Below, piece after piece: positions 12,661-22,800 of a stretch of DNA of 64,000 bases. The position numbers and the translations under genes are program-made. Origin of the DNA: Hamiltosporidium tvaerminnensis FI-OER-3-3 (Eukaryota > Fungi > Microsporidia). The notes under the pieces were generated by a model. That model was not told where the DNA came from. It saw only the letters and a program-made list of their open reading frames with translations, and searched no databases. Within the stretch, counting starts at the first letter, position 1. Every line of letters starts with the position of its first letter. The stretch is taken from contig JAKIMF020000011.1 of assembly GCA_022605425.2 (NCBI GenBank), positions 744,001 to 808,000 on the forward strand. Reading direction: 5' to 3'.

Positions 12661-13012
12661 CCATTTTACTATTTAATTGTTTTATTATTTGTTTAATTAA
12701 TTTATTATTTCATTATATTATTATATTACTATTTTAATATTTTCTTGATTACTTACATGTTTTTTTGATATTCTTTCTTATAGATTCTTATTTAAATTTT
12801 TATTTTCATTTTTTAAAATAGTTTATTCATATTCTTTATTATAGATTCTTATAAATTCTTATTTTTATTAAATTTTGATTTAAGTCTTTGAATAAAAAGA
12901 ATTTGAATTTAAAATATTGGATTTTTTAGTTTTTTTTGTAATTATAGAACCTGAAATTAATTATTAAAATGAATCAAAGACATATTTTTTGCCCCTTTTT
13001 GTCTTTATATAA

Positions 13013-15568
13013 ATGAGTCATCGTATAAAAATTTGTTTTAACAAGTTGTTTTGTAAGTTTAATGGATCCAAATATATTTTTATAGAAATGTTATATTTGT
13101 GTGGAATAGTTGGTTTGAAATTTGATATATTGATATATGATGAAAATGAATGTATAAAAGGTAATTCCTCTAATGATAAATGTGATATAATAAATGAGAT
13201 GAATGAGAAGTGTAAATATGGAATCGATAGGGATGTTTGTATTGGTAATAATACGTGTGATGCAACGGAGAAAAACGAGAAGTGTAAATATGTAAGCGAC
13301 AGGGATGTTTTTATTGGTAATAATACATGTGATGCAACGGAGAAACGTACATATGTTAGGGCTATGGATGTTTGTAGAGATAATGAGGTATGTGATGCAA
13401 TAAAGGAGACGGAGAAATGTATATATGTGAGCGAAAGTGATGCTATTATGAATTATGACACATTTAAAGAATATTTGAAAGAGAAAAATATTTTAATTGA
13501 GAATATTTTAGTGTGTAATATGGAATATCCAAATAAACGTTTTATTGAGTTTGAATTGCTAGAGAGAAATAATACAAATGTATTTTTCTTTATTGGAAAG
13601 GTACGAAAGAGAGATATAGAAATGTTTAATGGTGTATTACAGGAAGAATTTTTAAATAATTCATGGGAAAATTTATTTGGTGAAGATTTTTTTAAAATAA
13701 TGAATTTTTTAATGATTTTTAAAGCAAAAAAAGGTAAGAAAAATTGTAAATTTTTAGAAGAAATAACTTATACGTTTATAAATGGCAAATATAACAATTA
13801 TTTTGGAAATTTATTGTTTAGTTCGGATTTTGGTCCTTTTAAAATTGATAATTGGTTACTGATTAATATATTTAATTCTGCGTATGTATTATTTTCTATT
13901 AAAAGAAATTCTTGCACTGAAATATTTTCTAACTCATCAGAAAATTCAGATACATTAAATATAAGATATAATGAATCTAATATAAATGATATTGATCTGT
14001 TCATATGTAAAGATTTATTTAAATTTATTTCTGGTGAATACAATGGTTTGAAACTAAGTTACTTCATATTATTTATATTTAAATCTATAAAAATATCTAC
14101 ATGTACTATACTTAAGGATGTAAGTGAAGGCTTATGTAATTATTATAAATTTTCAATTTATTTTCCAGAAGATGTCGAATCGCTTTTTATAAATACAAAA
14201 TATTTTTATACCGAATTCTTAGATTTTTGTATGAATTTTTCATTTTGCAGGAATATTAAAAAGATATATGTAAAATCTGAGTATTTTACGGATGAAATAT
14301 GTATTATTTTACGAAAATTTTTAGGATTGCAAAAAGTAATATTTAATATTCAAAATATGAGATATATTGATATTGATCCAATTTTATTTTTTTCTATTTA
14401 TAGAAAATTAACATATTTGGAAATAAAATGTGTTCATATCGTAGATCCTATATTTCCGCTTTCAAAAATTATTTTAAGTGACAGTTTTGAGCTTAGAATT
14501 CAATGTTACGAATTTGTTACTTGCGAGGATTATAATTTCAGAAAGAAAAAAAGACTATTAAAAAATGTTTTGTCGAATATGAATGTTGAGGTAATGAATT
14601 TTTCTATTAATGATTTAATATCTTCTCTTAAAGAATTTTCAAATTTAAACACTATTAGAGTAAAAAATTATGGAATATCGAAAGTTTGTATTATTTCTAC
14701 TGAAACAATTGATATAATAAAAAAATTGAATGAAATAAGCCTCTACGGATTTTATATTTGTAGCGATTTTTTTAAATGTTGTATAGAATCGCGGAAAATC
14801 ATTCAAATAAGATTAATTTCATGTCTAATTGAATTTACAGAAAAAAATTTGGATTTGAATGAATCTTTAAATATACTAGCCATTCAAACTTGCAAAATAA
14901 ATAATTGCAAGTATTTGTTAAAGAATATATCCAAATTCAAAAAGTTAGTCTGTTTAGAATTTAATAAATGTGGATTATTGAAAGAAAATATTGTATGTTC
15001 CAACAAGGATATAGAAATCTCGAATTTTCAAACTATAAATACTAAAAATGATAATTCATCCGATCTCATACCTTCAATAAAAGAGCTTAAAATAATTCAT
15101 ACGTGTTTATCCTTAGAATATTTGCATTCAAATTTAAATATATTATATCTATCAAAAATATCTCTTGAAAAGGTAGATTTAAGTTTAGAGGATATGAAAA
15201 TATTAAATAGATTCAGATTTCTTAAACATATAATTTTAATAAAAATAAATTTGAAAAGAAATGACATTAAAGATTCAAATGAAAGTATATTTTTATCGAA
15301 TAGTGTTTTAAATTTAAATGTTATTGTTTTTAAAAATATTGTATTAACGAGTAGAGATATCTATTGTATTTCAAAAATGAAAAATTTAGAACATATATCT
15401 TTTACAAATATTAATTTTAGAAAGTATAATGTTTCATTGCGAAATATAAGTCTAAGAGTAATGAAAAATCTTAAATCCATTTGGATTACAAAATGTGATC
15501 TGCTTGATGAAGAATATTGGTATCTCGTTGAGAATTTTTCGGGCAAAAATATTTATCTTTATCGTTGA
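13013..15568 (+). CDS. Leucine-rich-repeat-like protein (851 aa) with N-terminal Cys-containing repeats of about 24 aa
   Basis: Repeated LxxLxI/L motifs (KLTYLEI, NLNTIRV, KLVCLEF, NLEHISF, NLKSIWI); CCCC about 20 bp before the ATG. Confidence 0.75.
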   Translation: MSHRIKICFNKLFCKFNGSKYIFIEMLYLCGIVGLKFDILIYDENECIKGNSSNDKCDIINEMNEKCKYGIDRDVCIGNNTCDATEKNEKCKYVSDRDVFIGNNTCDATEKRTYVRAMDVCRDNEVCDAIKETEKCIYVSESDAIMNYDTFKEYLKEKNILIENILVCNMEYPNKRFIEFELLERNNTNVFFFIGKVRKRDIEMFNGVLQEEFLNNSWENLFGEDFFKIMNFLMIFKAKKGKKNCKFLEEITYTFINGKYNNYFGNLLFSSDFGPFKIDNWLLINIFNSAYVLFSIKRNSCTEIFSNSSENSDTLNIRYNESNINDIDLFICKDLFKFISGEYNGLKLSYFILFIFKSIKISTCTILKDVSEGLCNYYKFSIYFPEDVESLFINTKYFYTEFLDFCMNFSFCRNIKKIYVKSEYFTDEICIILRKFLGLQKVIFNIQNMRYIDIDPILFFSIYRKLTYLEIKCVHIVDPIFPLSKIILSDSFELRIQCYEFVTCEDYNFRKKKRLLKNVLSNMNVEVMNFSINDLISSLKEFSNLNTIRVKNYGISKVCIISTETIDIIKKLNEISLYGFYICSDFFKCCIESRKIIQIRLISCLIEFTEKNLDLNESLNILAIQTCKINNCKYLLKNISKFKKLVCLEFNKCGLLKENIVCSNKDIEISNFQTINTKNDNSSDLIPSIKELKIIHTCLSLEYLHSNLNILYLSKISLEKVDLSLEDMKILNRFRFLKHIILIKINLKRNDIKDSNESIFLSNSVLNLNVIVFKNIVLTSRDIYCISKMKNLEHISFTNINFRKYNVSLRNISLRVMKNLKSIWITKCDLLDEEYWYLVENFSGKNIYLYR

Positions 15569-15847
15569 ATTTCTTTAAAAAAGCCAAGAAACTTAAGTTT
15601 AATTTTTAATAAATTATTTATTATTTATTTCTACTGATTGTTGGAATGAAAATACTATAAATAAATGTTTTAATCAATTTTTTTTCATTTTTTGAAGTTA
15701 ATTAGATCTTATTCATAGTATTTGCTAATGCCCAAATTTATTCATTTTCAATTTTTGTACAGGTCGAGATTTAAATAAATAATGAAGTAATTATTTATTT
15801 GATTTTAAAACACATCATTGCAATTCACATAGCAGTTTAATTTAATA

Positions 15848-16787
15848 CTAGACGTTAATCCCGTAGAAACGAACATTCTTTTACATTCCTAAGAAAAGAA
15901 ATCCCGAAAATAATCTTAAACTTTACGATCTGAGCCATAATTTCTGAATAATTTTCAATAAAAATTATATTCACCTACCTAGTCTGTTTTTCGTATATTT
16001 TTAAGTCTTTCATTTTTTTGATTATTTGCCGCTTAAGCATTTCCTCAATAAAATTTAGACTATTTTAATAGCATATTCTCCTTCTTTTATTTTATTTACT
16101 TTCAATTTTTCAGAGCTTCAGCTCGGCATTTTATGTTTTGCCTGTTCCCTTTCCACCTATTTCTATTCAATTCTGTCTTTTTTCTCGAAGAAATTTACCT
16201 AGACATTGAATTTTCTTTGTCTGAAAACACTGTTCTTTTAAATAAATGCTGTATTATTTAATTTATTTATTCTATAAATTCTTAATCATTTTTATTAAAA
16301 ATCTTTTGATTTAATCAAATATAACGTTATTTAAAGCTATTCAGCTAAATTTGAGCTATGCAATTATTATTGAGAATAGAAATATATTATACAGAAAAAT
16401 CATAGGATAAGATAATTGTATCATAAAATTTTTTATGCAACTGTAAATTCTTAGAAAATAAATCTTAACAAATAATTTAATTTTTTTTTAAACAGAATAC
16501 TTTAGAAAATGAGAAAAAATATATTTATGTGTTTTCCTCCACGTTAATACAGTCTTAGAAAATATTTTTACAAATTCAATCACTAATATTTTCTCCAACC
16601 AAAGGAATATTTTCAATTGTTTTATGCTCAGTTCTACTCACAATTATTGGTTGTGTAAGTTTTATGAACAAATAGGACGAGACATATCCAAATTGGAGCA
16701 CACTTATTGATGTCTTAAATTCTTTTAACCAATTTAACATTTCGAGGTGAGACGTCGTCGCCGGGACATTCTGAATTATATAAATGA
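15848..16787 (-). mobile_element. Non-autonomous Helitron (deletion derivative, 940 bp)
   Basis: Minus strand starts TCATTTATA (16787) and ends ACGGGATTAACGTCTAG|T (15848). 16445-16787 is homologous to 25642-25987, and the 3' end is homologous to 19844-19866. Confidence 0.8.
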
Positions 16788-16889
16788 CTTAAATTCTTTT
16801 TTCTACCTTTCCTAATACATTTTTTCATATTATAAATAAATTCGATTTTTTATTTAATTAAGAATTTATAATGTTATTTCCTTTATTAA

Positions 16890-17601
16890 GTGGAGGGAGG
16901 ATAACCACATAAAAAACTTTCTGCTTGGCAATGAGTTGTGAAACTGGTGCGAGATCATTGTTTGGATTTTTGGTGGGAATAAAACCACATTACCTCTTCG
17001 GTTATTCTTTGGGAGTTGTTATGAGGAGGAGAGGTCTAAGAAATGGAGAAACTTTTTCTACAAATTTATTTGTAGTTTTTTATGTAACCAGATTGCAGAC
17101 CGCAGCTGAACATGTAGGTAATTGCCATGTAAAAGCATGGAAACCTAGCCTTGCACACTCGGGTTAGAAGACTTAGCGCCTGAGAGATATAAAAACAAAA
17201 ACCATTTAAAGCCAGGAGAGCTAAGTAGCAGGTTATACCTGTTGGTATGACATTGCACTGTCTAGGTGGACCCCTGTAAATCACCGAAATATATCTTAGC
17301 TAGAAGTTTATTAGATTCAGAAAGTGTAGAGTAAGTGGGAATGTTGCATAGTCTTGGGGGAGCCCAGGGGGGCTTCGGCCTTCGATCACACTCCATGCAA
17401 CGGACATTAACGAACCCAGGGCAACTGCTTCGCCTATTTATTAGGTTCTACACACCTGGTAGATGAAAGGCTTTGGGACGTAGGTATCGCAGGGGTTACA
17501 GATGGAGTGTTGGGGTAGCAGTTATTTATGTTAAACCTAGAACTGCGTTAATGTCATGAAAACAAATATAACACTTGCCACTGTTTTAAAAAGATGTGAT
17601 A
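16890..17601 (+). ncRNA. Dispersed structured non-coding repeat, family A, copy 1 (about 700 nt)
   Basis: GC-richer island homologous to 36136-36847 (-), 26150-26752 (+) and 50253-50545 (+); many stems with covariation. Repeat status is certain; RNA function and strand are inferred. Confidence 0.55.
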
Positions 17602-18149
17602 CTTTTAAATAAAGTTTTATTTTAATTTCCTTTATTCATTCACATTTATATTTCTTTTATAAATTTTTTATATTTCAATTTTATTTTTTATAGTTTAAAA
17701 CGAATCATATTTCTATTATTCTAATAAACTGTAAGATGGGAAGAAATTTGGATTTTTTCATTTAAACTCTAATTCTAATTACAATTCAGTGTGTTATAAA
17801 CCCAGGGGTAAATTTAATTTATCATCGTTTTTTCTAAAATTCTAGTTTCAGATTTCTTGATCTTTATATTATTATATATTTATTTTATAAATCTCTGATT
17901 CTTCCCATTAAACAAAATAAATAATTTTAATTCTCTCTTCTTCAAAAATTATAGATTAAAAACCTTTTTATTTGTAAATTTATTAAAAAACTTTTGCATC
18001 TGTGAAATATCAATACCTTCTAACTCATAAAATTTCAATGCTAAATAAATCTATAAAAAAACTCATTTGTAAAAAAATAATAATTTTTAAACTACTCTAT
18101 AAACTAAAATATTATTTTGAATTCTTTATATTCTAAAATCTATAAAATA

Positions 18150-18332
18150 TAACATTTCTCAGTCTCACTACATTTAAAATACAAATTATTCTTCTAATTC
18201 TCAGTAAATTTAAAATATTTCTCAGTCTCATTAAATTTAAAATATTTCTAAGTCTCGATAAATTTAAAGTACAAATTATTTTTCTCAGTCTCACTAAATT
18301 CCAAATATTTTCCTAAGTCTGATTAAATTTAA
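18150..18332. repeat. Degenerate tandem repeat (TTTCTCAGTCTCA..AAATTTAAAATA) upstream of the epimerase gene
   Basis: About six imperfect units of 28-40 bp. Confidence 0.6.
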
Positions 18333-18354
18333 AAAAAACTACCCTCAACAGTCT

Positions 18355-18996
18355 ATGGTACAAAAAATTACACAACTTGAGGCTAAAAAAATAGATTCTG
18401 ATCTTATTGAAATGGGATTTTCTTTAAACTCATTAATAGAAATAGCTGGTTACTTAGCATACAACATAATATCAGACATTTTAAAAAAAGAAAATTTAAA
18501 AAATATTTTAATACTGATAGGACCTGGCAATAATGGAGGGGATGGGTTAGTTATATCTAAATATCTAAAAATAGAAAATTATAATGTTAAAATATGGTGT
18601 AATAAGACAGTACATCCAGATTTATTAAAAATTTGTAAAAATTTGGAAATTGAAAATGTTTTAGATTTTGAAGTATCTAATTTTGATTTAATTATTGATT
18701 CTATATTTGGATTTTCATATAAACCCCCATTAAGAGAACCGTATTTGTCAGTAATTAATAAAATTAAAAATCATAAAAAAATTATTTCTATTGATGTTCC
18801 TACATCATATGTGGTAGATAAAGAAAATACTGATTGTATTTTTAAACCTTTATTTGTTATATGCTTTGTTGCTCCTAAATTCTGTTGTGTTGGTTTAAAT
18901 GTTTATGTTGTTAAATGCTTTGTTCCAAGAAGTATTTGTAAATATCTTAATGATTTGAATTATGATAGTTATAGGTATTATGAATCTTTGAAATAA
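18355..18996 (+). CDS. NNR1: NAD(P)HX epimerase (YjeF_N / NNR1 / NAXE family)
   Basis: AKKID..L, LIEIAG, GPGNNGGDG, IIDSIFGFS and SIDVPTS motifs; CCC 11-13 bp before the ATG. Confidence 0.92.
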   Translation: MVQKITQLEAKKIDSDLIEMGFSLNSLIEIAGYLAYNIISDILKKENLKNILILIGPGNNGGDGLVISKYLKIENYNVKIWCNKTVHPDLLKICKNLEIENVLDFEVSNFDLIIDSIFGFSYKPPLREPYLSVINKIKNHKKIISIDVPTSYVVDKENTDCIFKPLFVICFVAPKFCCVGLNVYVVKCFVPRSICKYLNDLNYDSYRYYESLK

Positions 18997-19843
18997 AAAA
19001 ATTATTTTTAAGAATATATTTCATTTTTTAATTTAATATTTTTGTTCTTAATATTATATTTGGATTTAATATTATACTTTCTATTTTAAGATTATATTTA
19101 TTTTTGATTTAATATTTTTTATTTTAAGAATATATTATATTTTTAATATTGTACTTTCTCATATTTAAATTTATACTTTTCTAGTTTCTAATTTATATTT
19201 CATTTTAATATTAGACTTTCTATTTTCAAATTTATATTCTCTGCTACACAATATTTTTTAAAAAACGGTAAAAATTTTTGTTTTTGGAAACAAATGAAAT
19301 ATTGTTTTAGGAAAATGTTTTACATATAAAAATAAAATAAGAATTTATTTTTTGTTAAACTTACTTTTTTTGAGAAATTACAAATTTATATTCAGAATTT
19401 TATCTAAATAGTTATCTAAATATAATTTTAAATAGTTATCTAAATATAATTTAAAATATTATTTTTAATATGTAAGAATAAATAAGGATTGCATTTATCT
19501 TTCTGTGTAAATATCCATCAATTGTTTATCGATTCGTTGGTTCTTTTTACAGGTAGCAGTTTATAATTACTTATTTACTTATAAACGTAATCTTTATATA
19601 GATAATTGTCTAATTATAATCTCTTGAATTACAATTTAATTTTTGAAAATATATTTTTAATAATATATCATAGAATCAGACAATTCTTTTAAAATTTTAT
19701 GTCGGAATTTATACGTAAATAAATAAAAAAAATTAATTTATTCTACATAATTCTTATTCAATATTTAATTTTCTTATAAGTAAATTACTATAAAAATATT
19801 TTCTTTTTTTTTATTATATTCTGAGATTATTATTATATCTTAA

Positions 19844-22800
19844 CTAGCCGTTAAACCCGTGGAAACAGACTCAATTATATATCAAAAAATCTTAAATATG
19901 AAGTGAATTAAAGCATAATATAGAGATTTGCTTTTATCTTCTTTATATTGTTAAAATTCCTGCTTATTGAGCATATTTTAAAAATTAGAAAAGGTTTTCA
20001 TTTCTATAAGAAGCAGTTAAGAATATTGAAAATAATTGAAGAGAACCAAGGAATTTTAATTTACAAAGATATTGCATATATATTCTACTTCGAACCAAAA
20101 ATATTAAAAAATTACATAAGTAATTAAAGTCATTTATTTATCTATGAATTTCTGTTTTTGAAAATAAATTTTATCAAACCTGGAACAAATTAATTTTTAT
20201 ATTGTTTACATAAAAAGAATAAGATTTTAGACTTCTAAAATATTTTCATAAAAAAAAATAGGACTTGTAACTTATATTTACTCAGTTTTCAAAAACCGCT
20301 TTATACACAACATTTTTTGTAAATATTTTGTCACTTCCAGGCAAAATTTTACCTTGCTCAGCCGTATCTTTAATATAAACTTTAACATCATTTAAACTTC
20401 TAACCCTAGAAAAGGCAACATAGAGTTGCCTATGGCCAAAATCAGGTGTTGGTAGAAAAATACCAACCTTGTATAGTGTTTGACCTTGAGCTTTGTTTAT
20501 TATCATAGCGAAAGCCAACCTGATTGGGAATTGTCTTCGTTTAAGTTGAAATGGAAGACCTGCATCTGATGTCAAATCGATTCTTTGAAGAAATATATAA
20601 TCTTAATTTTCACAATCGGTAAAATTTAGCCAAAATGAGATTCGGCTTCATTTCACATACAATTAGCCTAGTCCCGTTAAAAAACCCGCTTTCTGTATTT
20701 AAATTTCTAAGAAGCATAATAATAGCGCCTTTTTGAAGATAAAGAGCGTGAAGAGGTGTTCCAAAAGGTGTAAGAGAATTTAAAAACTCAATAGAATAAT
20801 TAGTTACATCATCAGTATCATCACTTATAAGACTATCTGTACTTAAATAAGTTTTTTCCTCGCCCTAAAGAATATCAAAAACACTTTGATTGATTTTATC
20901 AACTTCTTCATTTGTATGCGTTAGAATTACCTTCTTGGAAAATTTATAGATCGTATTTACGAATTGTACTTCGCCAAAAATATCTTTAGAAATCATATGA
21001 GATGGGATTTCTATTAAGGTTTCTTCTAAACCATCAGTATTCATAAGCTTCCATTGCCAAGTTTAATGAGCCATTCACTATACGGCTTGTCTTTTGCCTG
21101 CATATTGTTACGGAGTTTCAATATTTTAAAGTCATTCCACAAAGAGCAATTCTTCAAGCTGGATTGAACAACATCTGATGCTTGAGCTCCGGGTATCACG
21201 AGCAAACACTGTCTATAATCACCACCCTTAATTATTACTTTTCCACCAAAACTTACTCGCGATTTATATTGAATGTCTCTCAATAATCTATCTATACTTT
21301 GCAGGGCGAAAGCTGGAGCCATGGTAGCTTCATCTTAAATAATTAGAAAAGAATCATGAATTTTTCGCCCTTCGCTCGAGTTTGGTTTAACACCACAAAC
21401 AGACGTTTCATTAAGAATCAGTGGAACTTTAAATCTTGAATGATATGTTCTTCCTTTATGTAGTAACTTTGCTGCTATTCCTCTTGAGGCAACTAAAATA
21501 TTAGTTTTTCACTTCGTTTTATTGTATAATACAATGCTTTATAAAGATAAGTTTTTCCGCTACCTCCTAGTCCGTCTAAAAAAAAACTTTTTTCGTTATT
21601 GCTGTTATTTAATGTGGTCATAATTTGTTCGAAAGCAATTCTTTGCTCTTCATTTAATGTTTCTTCATAGTTAAAATTTTCTTCTTCATCAAATGTAGCA
21701 CATAGTGGTAGAAGACTAGTCAGAGGGTCTTCTAATCCAAAATCTCTACAGCGTTTTCCGTGTGTATTCAAAATCCTACTTATATTATTCAAAGCATAAC
21801 TAACAGATAATTCGAAAAATTCCTCAACAGGATGGCGGTGAAAATGGCAATAATCTTCGATAAGATTATCTTTGTGATTTGTCATAAATTTTGAAATGTC
21901 AGTAACATAAGTAAAAAGATATATATATGCGAATAAATCTCTTATATTTTTCGGTATTTTCATTGTTACTGCATCATTTAAAGTTTCGTTCCAAACGTTT
22001 TTATCAGTTGTCAACCCTTTTGCTCTAGCTGCTTCAAAATAATTTTTATAAGTTTTTCCGTCCACTGTCCTCAAATATTCGAAAGAAATGGCTCACGGTA
22101 TATGCAATAACAAAATTCTTAAGTAATATAACTCAGAATTCATATACTGATAGTTAAGATTCTTCCGATACAGTTTTTTGCGTTTCTGATTCGACGTAGC
22201 CACATGTGGTCTTTCAGACAAAGTTGTCGGGGATTTCGACATATTTCAATTGACAGTACTGACTATATTCCCTATTTAGTTTGAATCAAGCTATATAAGT
22301 GCTGTCTATATGTATAGATATAGATTCTTTTATTCTTTGTTCATCTGATGAAAAAATATATTTTGTTCTCCTTCAAGATGAACTGCTAGTCTTTTAACAG
22401 TGTGGCTTTGTTCATGTGTAGGAAATTTAAAAATTCACCAGGCGGCTTCATGAGGACTAATATACCCTGAATCTATATAAGTTTTTATTTCGTCGAATTG
22501 AAGACTATTATTTGCGCGATCGGATCCTTTATAAGCATAGCCAAATAGTTATTTTACAGTTTTAAATGAAGCACATATATCAACATTTATATGGCATTTA
22601 TATTTCGGAAAGATATGGATTATAAGGAACCACCCAGCTATTATCAACATGATTTTCCCCAATTTTAACTGGATTCCTTTTTCGTCTACGATAAAGAGGG
22701 TATCTGTCAGATTTTTAAACAATGTATTCTTGAAATTTTTTTGGAATTTATTTACTACATATATTTTCAACCATGCAAGGTGAATATGACAAAAATCCAC

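Noticed and set aside
16925-17167. 80-aa ORF also present at 36574-36801
   Set aside because: Shared only because copies 1 and 2 are closely similar; not retained in copies 3 and 4. Changes preserve base-pairing rather than codons.
17160-17360. Family A as group I or II intron, hammerhead ribozyme or Pol III gene
   Set aside because: AGACT/ATAGTC P7-like words are not conserved in copy 3; no domain V; no CUGANGA..GAAA core found; internal T-runs would terminate Pol III.
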